From the NCBI RefSeq assembly GCF_018350175.1, contig NC_058368.1, positions 168,022,001 to 168,086,000 on the forward strand: a stretch of DNA of 64,000 bases, in the 5' to 3' direction. A program made the translations under genes and the position numbers. The notes beneath the pieces are model-generated. The model made no database searches. It worked only from the letters and a program-made list of their open reading frames with translations, and had not been told where the DNA came from. Shown piece by piece: positions 12,756 through 25,965 of the stretch; the stretch's first letter is position 1; each line of letters opens with the position of its first letter. The stretch comes from Felis catus (lineage: Eukaryota).

Positions 12756-15700
12756 AGAACACAGGTATAAAACACAATCTGTGGCACTTAGCAGGGTGTG
12801 CTTTTTCAGTCATTATTTTGTGCAAATTAAGCTCCCTGTGACCAGTTAGTTCATCAAGAAGCAAGGGCAAGACACGAGGGACAAGCTCTTCTGCGCAAAC
12901 AAGTTATGAAATCATCTTTCTGATAAAATGGTTAAAATTAATTATGTATCTCTGTGTATCTTACATCCAGAAGCTGTCCAAACCCTGGTAAACTCAGCGA
13001 TTCTAAGAGACAGAAGCAACTATTATATGATCAAGTTTCCATCATGCAAATGCCAGCAGGACAAGCGTATAACACTGGGTAAACAGCATGTGCGATTTGG
13101 AGAAAAACCAAGGGAGCCTCTCCCTACTCATTCATTCTCTTTCTCTCCTTTATCTTTAGAGAATACCAAAACTATTCCTCAACTCCATTTTGCATGTTCA
13201 TGTGAACAATAAATATTTAGAAGTTTCTCATTCATGTATAAAAATGGGTCTTATGGTTAAATAACACAAACAAAAGCTGCAAGTGTGCTATTGTTTTATG
13301 AGAGAAAGAGCTTTTTGCAGTTGAAAATGGATTACTTACAAAATCTGTATGGGCTCTCATATTCTGCTCTAAAGATGTTACTGTTCTAAACCATTTCTGG
13401 GGACTAATTATTATATGATTTGCTATGATTAGGAACCTATGGAAACTGAAGCAAAGTGAAAATGATAAAACCTAAAGTTTGAAAGGCTCTTATCAAAATT
13501 GATAGAAACAAGGGTACAACTAAGTAAATCAGTGAGTGATCTCTTATGAAAAATCAACCTAAGGTTTAGCTAGGCCTGCCTATTTCTTATGCATTTTATC
13601 AGAGCATTTCAAAACGGATAGGGAAGCAATGCAACCAATCATCACACTGAGGAAAAAAAAAAAAAACCTGCTTCTCTGGCCACATATGTTAAGTGATATA
13701 TTTAGTTTTTCTATTTTATATATAAGTGAGTCTTTATAGAAGGCAAATGTGTTATTTATAACATTCATTTAAAAATCATAGCACGTTGTATGTTTACCCT
13801 TGAGGGACAGGAGGACTTGTATTTTTCTTCCTATTAATAGTGTTTTACATGTGCTCAGAATCCTACTTTTTATCTCTAAGCAACTTGTATAAATACCATC
13901 AGATGGCAAAGTTGTTTACCTATAGTATGAAAATGAAGAAAGAACGGGGAACAGAAATCAGTGGAAACCTTAGACGCTTTCTCACTTAATATGTGGTGTT
14001 TATTTAACCTTTACCATACTGTTAGAAAGAAAAAGAGGGGATGGTATTTATGCCCATTATGCGGGAAAACAAGCTATGTAAAATTTAAATACGTTATTTT
14101 AGTAAGCTATTAACAAAGAAATTAGAGAACAGAAGTTTCTTCCAGCCTTAACCCCATATACTATATTGAAAAAAATCAACTGAGTAGCTATTCTATTCAC
14201 ATTAACAAAATGCTATCTAGCATCTGACTTGATAATTTCCTGACAACTGAGAAGCTTTTCCTGTTACTTCAACAAATCTTAATAATACGTGTTGTGTTAG
14301 GAACACATTATATGTTAGGAACTTTTCTGTATCATTCATCACTGTTAATATCAAGCCAGAGGTAACAAATGGCAAATGTAGTTACATTTTATTCACAGTA
14401 AGGGCTGATGTGATGATAAATGGCATCATTCATAGAGTTTTCACCTTTAAGTCAGATGTCAGAACAAAATGACACAAATTCAATTATTTGAAAAGAACTA
14501 GGGAATTTTATGAAGAGAACTGTCTTCTTAGAAATAAGAAAAACTGATAAATCAATATCCTAGACAGGTAAAATCAATGCCGGACATGGACATGCTATCT
14601 ATGCCAAAACATAACTTTAAAAATATAAACTTATTTTTTTTTAAGTTTAAAATTCTAAAGAGCTGAAAATGTTCTGGGTCTGTTTAAACAGCATGATTAC
14701 GATATCAATCTACTTATCTTCCTCAATATAGACTTAGTGTTCTAAAACTGTTATGATTGTTAGCAATATCATAAAGTTAAGGGAGTGAAAAAAATGTGAT
14801 TGATTACTGCAATACAAAATATCCTATCTGATTTTGTTTTTAAATGTTGGTCATCCTGTTGTATAGGTACTGAAACAATAATTTATTTAGGCATGGAGAT
14901 CTTACACATGAAACATTAGCAAAGTGATCTTTTCAGCTCAGTAGGAAGCCATTAATTCATTATTGATAACATTGTTACTGTCCAAGTGGAAAATACAGTG
15001 CTTTTCAGACATGAGCAGGAATAGTACTTAATTTAGACAGTTACCCACATAGGACAACCTTAGTGTTACAAGACTCATTATCTCCATAATGCCTTTGGTA
15101 GCAGTCCAAAATTACCACCAAAGTTGTAGACCTTGTCCCAAAGGACCACCAGAAAATGTGCTTATGTTACCCTGAAGGGAGAGAGCATGATAGCTCGGGG
15201 GAGTGGAGTGAGTGACAGAGGAGAAGGTAGTCAAGCTTTCTGACATTCACATATTGGCTCAGATCTGGACATTAGATTATCCAGGAGTACCCTCTGGAAG
15301 AACAAGAGTTTGGCATCAAGCAGACAGAAGAAAACAAGTTAGATTTCCCTTATTTCGGGTGTGAGAGTTTAGGCAGTACCAACAATGTACCTGGATGGTC
15401 AGACACATGGAAGAAAAATATCAGGAAATAAGGAGGTTTCTGAGCAACCAGAAAGCAGTATGAAGTTCTGGGGGAGAGGGAAGGCCCCACAGCAATGGCT
15501 GTAAGGCCAAGAGAAACACGCCAAACATAAGCATCCTGTTTTGAGTTTTGCATTGGAAGTTAGAGAGAAGGGCTTACAATGTGTTATTGAATGAGGCAGT
15601 GGTGTGGATTCAATGCACTTCTGTGGAACATTTTAACCAGTCCACTGATTGGTCAAGTAGAATCAAAGTATACCTATTATTTGGATAAAACCCTACCACT

Positions 15701-15779
15701 ATGAAAGTGAGGGAGAGCTTTAAGATTTAGTTTTTATCACAAAGAACTAAGCAACTCACTTCTGCAAGATTAGCTCTGT

Positions 15780-16300
15780 GCCATTCAGATCTCAGTTTAA
15801 ACATTAAATCTGCATAGGTGCCCTCTCTGACCACCCAACATTTCTCTCCTGCCACTCTAACTCCCGGAAAAACATTTTATACTATCTGATCAGTTTCTTT
15901 TAAAAATTTTTTTTTTCAACGTTTATTTATTTTTGGGACAGAAAGAGACAGAGCATGAACGGGGGAGGGGCAGAGAGAGAGGGAGACACAGAATCGGAAA
16001 CAGGCTCCAGGCTCTGAGCCATCAGCCCAGAGCCTGACGCGGGGCTCGAACTCACGGACCGCAAGATCGTGACCTGGCTGAAGTCAGATGCTTAACCGAC
16101 TGCGCCACCCAGGCGCCCCACTATCTGATCAGTTTCTTACTCACCTACCCACAAATCCTAAAACAAAAGCTTCATGAAAGCAAGGAACTTGCCTATCTTA
16201 TTCACTGCTGGATCTCTTACACACTTAGTAAACTCTTACTAGGAACTAATAAACATTAGTTGAATGAGCACATGCACAAGTGCATGGTCAGATGAATGAG
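15780..16300 (+). mobile_element. L2 3' end, interrupted by the SINE at 15900-16119
   Basis: aagcttcatgaaagcaaggaacttgcctatcttattcactgctg...aataaacattagttgaatgag resembles the L2 tail. Confidence 0.6.
15900..16119 (-). mobile_element. Young felid SINEC_Fc
   Basis: CpG-rich body. Perfect 19-bp TSD actatctgatcagtttctt at 15881-15899 and 16120-16138. Confidence 0.96.
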
Positions 16301-16431
16301 CACATAGTTACTTCAGCATATCTTCAATAAATATTTGATGATTGATTGTACTCTTTAAGGACCAGAAATTTCATCTAGACTGCCAGGTACTACAGACATT
16401 TTTAATACCTGTTTATAAAAATCCACAGTGA

Positions 16432-16634
16432 GGGGCGCCTGGGTGGCTCAGTCAGTTAAGCGTCTGACTTCAGCTCAGGTCATGATCTCACCGTTCATGA
16501 GTTCTATCCCCACATCAGGCTCTGAGCCTGGAGCCTGCTTCAGATTCTGTGTCTCCCTCTCTCTCCTCCCCTCCCCTGCTTATGCTCTGTCTCTCTCTCA
16601 AAAATAAATAAACATTAAAAAAATTAAAGAAAAA
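16432..16634 (+). mobile_element. Can-SINE with a small internal deletion
   Basis: ggggcgcctgggtggctcag head, CT-rich region and A tail. TSD tccacagtga at 16422-16431 and 16636-16645. Confidence 0.93.
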
Positions 16635-16811
16635 GTCCACAGTGATATCACAGATGCATTTAAAAAAAATCAAGTCTTCAATCTGAGAGCATTTGCCTCC
16701 TGTTCATTTTAATTTGGAGTTAACTTGCCCCAGAAACTACTATTTTTTTTAAATCCCTCTTGAGCAGAATGTTACCAAACATTCCAAACTGAAAAAAATA
16801 ATAACATATTT

Positions 16812-17046
16812 TAATTTTTTTTTAATTTATTTTTTATTTTTTAACATGTGTTTATTCTTGAGACAGACCAAGACAGAGCACGAGCTGGGGAGGAACAGAG
16901 AGAGAAGGAGACATAGAATCTGAAGCAGGCTCCATGCTCTGAGCTGTCAGCACACAGTCCAACGTGGGGCTTGAACCCACAAACCATGAGATCATGACCT
17001 GAGCCGAAGGTGGATGTTTAAATGAATGAGCCACCCAGGCGCCTCC
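16812..17046 (-). mobile_element. Can-SINE
   Basis: Reverse SINE body with T-rich tail. Confidence 0.92.
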
Positions 17047-17368
17047 AAGATAGTAACTTATTTTAATAAAGAGGAAATAAAAGATTGTAAATATGAATAT
17101 ATGAAGGATGTAGCATTATTCAGAGTTTAGAGAACAGAGGACCAGTTACCTAGACTCTTAAAATATTTTACTCAAGCAAATATGAAGAGGAGCACCACAG
17201 CAAAAAAGTCATCAAAGACAAATCATGCTTACTTGAGTCATCGGCATCTACCTGATGTTTGCTTTGCCTCTGACACCAAAATTAACAGCCTCATTGGATT
17301 AAAGCTTTCCCACTGGGAATTCACCAAGATATGTTTTTCTCCAACTAAACAATACTATATACATAGGA

Positions 17369-17575
17369 TTTTTTTTAATGTTTATTTTTGAGAGAGAGAG
17401 CATGAGCCCACACGTGCAAACGAGGAAGACATAGAAGAAGAGGGGGACAGAGGATCCCAAGCAGACTCCTCCACAGACAGCAGAGAACCCCATGCAGGGC
17501 TTGAACTCACAAACCTTGAGATCATGACCTGAGCTGAAGTCAGACGCCTATCCAACTGAGCCACTCAGATGTCCC
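17369..17575 (-). mobile_element. Can-SINE (older)
   Basis: Reverse SINE body. Degenerate TSD tata(t/a)acatag. Confidence 0.9.
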
Positions 17576-18174
17576 TATAAACATAGTTTTAAAAACTGAA
17601 CTCTAATGTAGTTGATTAGTGGTTAAACTAAGCCAAAGAAAAATGAAGTATAAAATAGTTTATTATGTGACAAAAATAGACATTAACATACTTATCAATT
17701 ACCTTTGGTACACAGAACATCTTTCATTCTGTTAGCTGAGACTCTATTAACCAAACCTTTTCCATGTCCACAACAGTATGGTAAGTCTTAACCATAAAAA
17801 TATACCATTTTCTTAATTACTTTATGGAGAGTAGATTATGCCCGGTATGTGCTTACTGCTTGCATTACAATATAGCAGGGTTTTAGAAGATTGTTCATCT
17901 GTGTATAACCTATACTAGAGACAAATTAAACTATTCTAATTATGTCAAGGACCTTTGCATTTCAGTTAAGATACTATTTATAGTATGATTTTTATATCTA
18001 TATCTGCCATTAGCATTCTAAAAACAGTCACTGAAGGAAAAGTTATTTATGTATCATAGGGTTATTTGAATATCACAAAAATTTTTAAAGTTTTTAAAGG
18101 TATTTTACATTTTGAATTTCTTTACCAGGAGGACATTTCATTCCATGAAACCATTCTGAACCACAAGAAATTAT

Positions 18175-18418
18175 TGTTTAACTTTATATTATGAAAAATT
18201 TCATAATAAACCATTAAAACCATGTAAAAAAGTAGAGGAAATAGTATAGCGAACATTCATGTATGTACTGCCCCCGGTCAACAATGACCAACTCATAGCC
18301 GATCTTAAGTCATTTATACACTGATCTAACTTGTCCCCAACTTCCGTGTCCACTTCAAATTGTTTTTTAAGCGCATCTGAGAAATTGTTATTATATTTGT
18401 AAGTATTTCAAAATATAT
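18175..18418 (-). mobile_element. Ancient L1M (L1ME/L1MC-like) 3' end fragment
   Basis: tattatgaaaaatttca...aaaagtagaggaaatagtatagcgaac resembles the reverse of old L1M 3' ends. Confidence 0.5.
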
Positions 18419-18419
18419 G

Positions 18420-18629
18420 TTTTAAAATTTTTTAATGTTTATTTTTTTGAGAAAGAGACAGAGTGTGAGCAGGGAGGGACAGAGAGAAAGGGAGACACAG
18501 AATCTGAAGCAGGCTCCAGGCTTTGAGTTGTCAGCACAGAGCCCAATGCGGGGCTCGAACCCACGAACCACAAGATCATGACCTGAGCTGAAGTCAGACG
18601 CTTAACCGACTGAGCCAGCCAGGCACCCC
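18420..18629 (-). mobile_element. Can-SINE
   Basis: TSD tcaaaatatat at 18408-18418 and 18630-18640. Confidence 0.93.
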
Positions 18630-20529
18630 TCAAAATATATTTCTAATAGATGCTCAGATTTTTAATATTTATATACCACAGCTTTTTGATGGTTTCATTT
18701 AGCTATTTATACCATACTAGGAGCCCGGTTTTATAACCCAGAACTAAAAGATGCTTTAAAAGGGCTTGTTAGGAGACTCTCCTCAATAATTTAGAAAATC
18801 CGAACCAGTTTTAAAACAGCTAAAATAAGTTTCTATTCTGGCTTCTTCAGGTACTTTCTGGCAGGCTCTGATTACAGAATTTTTGTTCTGTTTTTAAGAA
18901 TAAAAATTAGAATGGAAAAGCAAGTTATAAGGTCATAGTTTTAACCAATCACTAGGGCTTAATTTTTCTTCCTTTCTTTGCTTTCAAGGCGAAAATACTC
19001 AGAAGAAGATCAATTCATTCTTAGAATTTAGATGTACTGAGACAAATTTAGACATTTCAGTACAAATACAGATGGAGCTGTAAACATAAAAGATCAGAAC
19101 ATCAGAAATTCCATAGCAAAAATCTGTGGTAAATTACCCCAGCTTTAAGAGGGAAGACATTTTATGGAAGAGAAAACAGTGAATGTCCACACTGCTCTCT
19201 AGTTTAAAGAGTTTGTTCTTCAGGTCTTTGATGTGAATTTCGGAGAGCTATCAAATAAAAGGGTTGGGCTATGTCATTTTTACATCAGCCACTTGTTTCT
19301 GGGCATGCTAGGAGGAGAGGCATTCAAGAACCTCTTCAGAACTTCTCTTTCAAAGTTTAATTATGAATGGAATAGCATAGCAGGAAGACAGAAATTCAAT
19401 GTGTGTACATAGACCTCTGTCCACAGGCCAAGATTTTATTTCCAAAGGACACAAGGCCTTCTCATTGAACAATGCAATGGTTAGCTCATCATACTGACAC
19501 AGGGCCTGTGCCAGGACATTTAAGCCTTTCGATGTTCCACTATTCATTACTCTCTGATGCTTGCCAAGGACCAGACTGAGCCCATTCAGTATAAACTTAG
19601 TGCTGGGCCTAATCAAAGGGGTTCAAGGAAAACATGAACAAGTGTTTTGTATGCAGAATCCAGCCGCTGGCAGTGTCTATTAATGTAACACTGTTCCCAG
19701 CTAATTCTCATTTAGAAAATGGCTTTTGAACTAAATTGAGTTACCTCTCTCCTGTATTTTAACATTAACTGACACAAAAAGGAGAAAATGTTTATAATTA
19801 GTCATTTTAAAATGTACTTTATAATAGTGATTTCCCAACCTATCATCTCCTACGCTTGCAACAGCACTCGGGCAGGGAAACCGGACAACAAGTAGCAACT
19901 TTTAATCATCACCTACACTAATCTGTTGCTTTTATTTTAACTAACAAAATTATTCAAAACCACTAAAAATATAAAACGGAATGTATAAAGGATGCCACTT
20001 CAGTTGGGAGAAATGCTAAAGATATACTTGCAAAATTTTCAAAATAGACATCACAGAAGCAAAAAGCTCTTGAGAAAATGGTGTATGTGACAGAGACCTG
20101 TGTGAAGGGGTTCACCAGTTCCCAGAGTAGCTGAGCTCCTGAGCAGCTGGGACTCAAATGAGATGAAGTGAATCAGTTTGGGCAGCCTGTCCTCAAGGAA
20201 CAAGGATTAAATACAGTCTACCACACCGCTACCCCTACCGCCCACGAAGAGGTGGCCATTACAGACTTAAAGGGTTTTTGTCTCTAGAGAATGAGATTCA
20301 TGAAAATGGGATATGGAGAGATTCGGGGACATCAGATATTCTAACCCAAAAATGAAACAAACTTGTAACATGTACTATTTTTAAGTAGTAAAAGTTTTAG
20401 TCCTAAACTAGTTTTCAGTCTCAGATTAGGAAAATAATTTATTACAAGTTTCAATCCCCTCTGACTGAAAGAGGCTTTTTTTTTCTACCAAACTTTTAGA
20501 ATTGAGGAAACAAAATCCTAAGTGTGATG

Positions 20530-20668
20530 ATAAAAGGGACAGAATTTTGCATCAGACATACCTGAGTTCTATTCCTGATTTCAACACTAATTGGGACCTT
20601 GGGCAAATTATTTAATCTTTCTGAGCCACAGATTCCTTATGTGTAAAATGGAAATAATGCCTACATTG
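20530..20668 (+). mobile_element. MIR
   Basis: Core gaccttgggcaaattatttaatctttctgagcc...tgtaaaatgg. Confidence 0.75.
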
Positions 20669-22329
20669 TGACTTGGAATTTGGAGTGTGTGATGGTGGGA
20701 CTCTTTCCTTTTCAGCTAAGTCTGCCCTTGATCAGAAATGCTCCAGTCCAAAAGCAACTGTCGCGCTGTTGGCCCTGTCTTTGGTTTTGCTCTCATTTAA
20801 GTTCACCGGTGTACATGCGGCTCAACAACAAAAAACGGAAAACAAAAAACCTTCCTGACAAAACATTTCTGCAAACAGGACACAGGCATAGTTTTTCCTG
20901 TGTTTCACCAACGCTTAATTGTCTAAACGGTTCCTGGTAGAAGAAATATTTAAATCATACCTTTTACAAGACTGAGGCTCTCATGACAAAGCAATTCTCT
21001 CGTGAAATTTTTTTCTGCCAATAACATTTACTATTCCAAACAATGTAAAGTCAGAGTTGAGAGACTAAATAAAAGAGGTGATGTTGACTAATAGGAAAAG
21101 GTAAATATGCTATAAGCACTACAGTGAAGCCAATCAGAGGGGGAGAAAAAGATATTTGCTATCAGAATTACTGGGTGCTTTGCAAATATGTATAACACCT
21201 TGTGAAGCTGTGGGACTATTTAATTTTTCTGTCTTTAAAGGTTTTATTTTATGTGAGCCAGTTAATCTCTCCTTACTCTGCTTAAAACCAGCAGCTGTGA
21301 ATTCACTTGGCTAGAATTTAGAAAGCAGTCAGAGCAAAAGACACCCATTCCATCAGCTTTATACAATTATGGAGAAGGTAACCTGTATTCAGTAATCCAA
21401 CTTCTAAAACTTCAGAAAAGTTGCTCCAGCATAGGGTTTTAGGCTGCAGCCACTTCGCCTTCCAGTGGCATGAAGAATTTTCAAATTCAAGAAGAGTTCA
21501 TTAGAAAAAAGCATAAGGCTGGGCCATTGCCTCTGCCTCAAAAACAGTACACTGGTTATCTTTGTTGTTGTTTAAATGATCGCTTGGTCAGCGATCCCAT
21601 CGCTGGTACCTTCAATGTAAACCTTTAGTATAAAACACTACTCATCTACTTTAAGAAAAAAATAAAATTGAACACGGGTCAACAGATGATTATGAGAATC
21701 GAAAGTAAAGGAAAAAGCCGTGAGAAGATTAACTTTGATTTTTTTATGTCATGTCATGTATTTTGTTAAGCAATCTCACACACTTCTGCAGTAAAGCATT
21801 TTATTTTTCAAATGTTTCCAGCCAATAAGGTATTTGCTCTTTCATTTACTACAAAGCTTATACCTTTTTATTTTGATGGAATACATATTTTGGGAGGCAG
21901 TAGGGTGGTCTCTTCCACAGTGTTTGTATTGACTATTTTACTTCTCAAGAAGTCTCCCTCTATTCACCTTTTTTTCTCAGTCGACAACAAGTTGTTCTTT
22001 GGGTTTTTGTCGATTTTCCCTTTCTATTCCCCTCTAGCTGCTATCCTTTTCCTTCTTCCACAAAGCAAACTGTGCCAGACACCAGCCTGTGCTGGACTTT
22101 CTCAAATTCCCTTCATCAATTTTATTGTCTTCCCTCACCCAAATATTAATTTCACTGCATTTCTAAGTGTTGTTTTCGTTAGAAAGATTATCTACAATGA
22201 AAATAAAGAAATTAATCAATCCTCTAAGGATTCTCCTGAATTTAGAGAAGATCACACTGAGATACAGGCTCAAAACGTCCAACTCAACCTACGATCTTTA
22301 GTATCTCCTAGAAGACAGACCTCTGTGCA

Positions 22330-22835
22330 TGATGGGGAAGAACAAAAGCTGAAAATACAGCCTCTGTCCTCCAAGAAGCTTCTTATTTTAGTTGGAAGAG
22401 TAAGGCTAACACACATGAGAAAATTAAATAAAAACAGATGAAAGAGTAAAAGATTCATTCAATGAATATAATAAATGATTCATAGTTTTATGACAGAACA
22501 AGTGTGACAAAACAAAATGAATAGGATGTTTCCACTTCTGTTAAAAATGTATTTGGCTATATATTGAAAATGACCAGGAGTATACATACAGAGAACTCTG
22601 GGAGTAGAAAGGACTTCACCTTTTTCTTCACATAGTTTGGATATGCCAGATTTTTTAAAGTATGAATTGCTATTTGTATTAACAAAGAACTGACAATAAA
22701 TAAAATGGTTCATATGAGTAAAGAGAAGAGAAGGCTTCTTGAAAAAGGCAGAACACGAGTGAACCTTGAAGAACAGGCAGGGAGTGATGGGCCAGGCTGG
22801 TGGCAGAGAAAGCTCAAAGCACTGTGGGAGCAAAG
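22330..22835 (-). mobile_element. L2 fragment
   Basis: Degenerate purine-rich L2-like motifs (gaaggcttcttgaaaaaggcagaacacgagtgaaccttgaaga). Confidence 0.45.
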
Positions 22836-22922
22836 TTTTGGCACTCGCAAAAGATGATAATTATGCCAATGTGGTTTCAGAAGATGACTCAGGTAAAACT
22901 GCAGGAGAAAAGTTGGGCTGTT

Positions 22923-23105
22923 GGGGTGCCTGCGTGGCTCAGTCTGTTAAGCGTCTGAGTCTTGATTTTGGCTCAGGTCCTGATCCGAGGGTTGTGGGAT
23001 CGAGCCCCACACTGGGCTTGGGCTGATAGTGTGGAGCCTGATTGGGATTCTCTCTCTCCCTCTCTCTCTACTCCTCCTCCTCTTGCGCACACGCGCGCAC
23101 ACACA

Positions 23106-23139
<34 letters not shown>

Positions 23140-23169
23140 ATAAATAAATAAACTTTAAAAAAAAAAAAA
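22923..23169 (+). mobile_element. Can-SINE (older subfamily) with (CA)n(CT)n region and A tail
   Basis: ggggtgcctgcgtggctcagtc head. ggctgtt on both flanks. Confidence 0.92.
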
Positions 23170-23989
23170 GGCTGTTGTCAAAGGCTTTGACCTGTTGTTA
23201 TTAAGCCACTAACTAGATCTTACATGTGTTTCTGAAAGTTGCCTTTAACTACAAAAAGGGTAAAGGAGACAACATAGCTTTCTTTGGATACATATCCAAG
23301 TTACAAACATAAATAGAGCAATTGTGGGAAAAAGCTTAAAATGGTAGAGAGAGAGCTACTTCAACTCTTAATTTTTGTGTATGTTATCGATTATGTGCTT
23401 CATTTCTTATACTCGACAAGTTATAAAATTCTTCCCAAAATGAATAGGACAGAGACAAACTTTGCTTTCAACATGTGTGCTAATACAACTACTTCTAAAG
23501 TTAATCAACAATAACGATGGGAGGAAAGAAACTTATTTTTAGAGTTTATACTGTATTAGAAAAAGGTCTTTAAAGCAAAAATACTTAATATCTCCCTCTA
23601 TTTACTTAAGAAACAAGTATCAAGCAGAGAGTAAAAGAGATGGTGACAAGAAGGAACAGCAAGAAGAATCTGATGCTCTATAATTTGCAAATTAATTCTA
23701 CATATTATTTTATTAGACCATTGTTGGAAAGTGGGGGAATTAATCCTACTTGAAACAGTGGAAGACTGAGGCTCTCAGGAGTGAACTGATTGACCTACTC
23801 AAGGTCACTCAGGCTGGGTAAGAAGTAATCAACTGGATCTAGAAGCCAATTTGTCTAAGTTTAGTGTTCTTTTTACACCACAGCTAACAACTGCACCATA
23901 GTATGTGGCAGGAGAACTAAGTATAAAACAACCAAGCAGGACAGGATTCTAGTTCATCTAAATATGAAAATTATAGGAAATGAAAGTTA

Positions 23990-24755
23990 AAAGACAGATA
24001 ACAAGTATTGGCCAAAACACAGAAAAATTAGAACCCTTATATAGTGCTGGTAAAATGGTGTAGCCACTTTGGAAATGAGTCTGCAGTTCCTTGAAAATAT
24101 TATACATAAAGTACCATATGACCCAGCCCTTCTACTCCTAGGTGGACAGATATATATATCTCTATATATCTATATCTATCTATATCTATATCTATATCTA
24201 TATATAGATATATATATATATAATCTCCAAGGGAAATGAAAATATATGCCCACATAAAAACTTGTACACAAATGTTCATAATAGCATTACTCATAAGAGC
24301 CCCGCCCCAAAAAATAGAACTCAAATGTCCATCAACTAATGAATGGATGGATAAAATATGGCCTATCCATACAACGGAATAATATTTCCAATAAATAGGA
24401 ATGAAGTACAGATAAATGCCAAAACCTGGAAGAACACTGAAAAAAATGTGTTAAGTTACAGACACCAGATGCAAAGGACACATGTTATATAGTATTCCAC
24501 TGATATGAAATATCCAGGTAAATCTATAGCAACAGAAAGTAGACTGGTTGCCAAGGGCTGGAAGAAGGGGATAATGGGGAGTGACTGCTACTGGTAACAG
24601 CATTTCTTTTTAGGTTGATTAAAATATCCTAAAATTAGATTTGGTGATGGTTGTACAACCTGTGAATATAGCAAACACCACTGGATTGCACACTTTAAGA
24701 TGCTGGATTTTACGGTATGTGAAATACATCTATGTAAAGCTGTTATTTTAAAAAG
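23990..24755 (+). mobile_element. Ancient L1MB-like 3' end with an internal (TA/TC)n microsatellite at about 24148-24222
   Basis: ORF2 tail motifs (accatatgacccagc, caaatgtccatcaac), then ggtgatggttgtacaacc...tgcactttaa...taaagctgtt 3' UTR. Confidence 0.8.
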
Positions 24756-24768
24756 AGGCAAAAAATTA

Positions 24769-24986
24769 GGGGTGCCTGGGTGGCTCAGTTGGTTGGGTGT
24801 CTGACTTCAGCTCAGGTCATGATCCTGTGGTTCTTGAGTTCGAACCCCGCATCAGGCTCTGTGCTGACAGCATGGAGTCTGATGCCTGCTTCGGATTCTG
24901 TGTCTCCCTCTCTCTCTGCCCTTACCCCACTCATGGTCTGTCTGTCTTTCTCTCAAAAATAAATAAACCTTAAAAAAATTTTTAAA
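24769..24986 (+). mobile_element. Can-SINE
   Basis: Full head, CT region and A tail. Confidence 0.93.
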
Positions 24987-25699
24987 GAACTGAAAAATTG
25001 AAAGAAACAGAAAAATATACATATATATACATACACACACACACATACAGTATCTTTCTTAACAATGTCTGACTTTTAAACACAACTGTGGGGTTTTTGT
25101 TGTTGTTGTTAATTGACATAGCGAAATGAAGGATTTCCAACTCTGATTAGGCAGTATTTTATTTTATAATTCAGCTTCCTTTATAGTTGGAAAACATCAT
25201 TTCAACAGCCTCCTATAAGGGAAACCTCACTCTTGTCATTCGCCAGTCTTAAAGACATGAGGAAGGTGAATTACAGAATCAAACTATCTTTGGAAAATAC
25301 TTCATTTGAATGGAATATGGAGAGAGAGATAAAGTGAAAAATATTTTTAAAGGGAGAGAGGACACATACATAAAGTAAATATGCCTCGGGAGCCATGAGG
25401 ACTTTGAAGGGTCAGGATGGGCACCCATTTTCTTAGGACTGACTCATGTAAGTCCTTCCCACCTTTTCATTCAGCTCATCTCTCTTCAATGACATGTATC
25501 CTTCTAATGGATGTCTGCCCCCAAAGCCTCTTATTTTGATACTGTTTTTATTGAAACTGATTAATTATACCCTAGGCAACATTTTTTTCCTAAGCTTACA
25601 TCCCTTTTTGTTTTTCTAAAACTTGGAAATCTGTACTATGAAATGTAAGGAACATTTTCCCGTTTCATTTGATCCAACACATGTACTTATTCCTTGTGA

Positions 25700-25965
25700 G
25701 ATGTATGGTGTAAAGAGTAAGAGCAGAGCAGCAGAGCCAGACCTCCTGGGTTCTAATCCTGGCTGTGCTATTCATTAGCTCTAATTCTATAAACCCAAGG
25801 TAAGTCACTTGACCTCCCTGGAGGGTCAGGTTCCTCATCTTAAAATGGTAAAATAATAGTAACTTCCTTGCAAGCTGTTGAGGATTAAATGAATTAATAT
25901 ACATAAAGCACTTTGATCAGTACCATGTACATAATACAACATAAGCACAGCCTAAGAGTTAACTA
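25700..25965 (+). mobile_element. MIR, near full length
   Basis: agagccagacctcctgggttctaatcctggct...ttcctcatcttaaaatgg...gttgaggattaaatga. Confidence 0.8.

Noticed and set aside
21812..22441. Longest ORF in the window (209 aa)
   Set aside because: The F/L/S/I-rich composition is what T-rich non-coding DNA produces, there is no recognisable domain, and it runs into an L2-like remnant on the strand opposite the inferred gene
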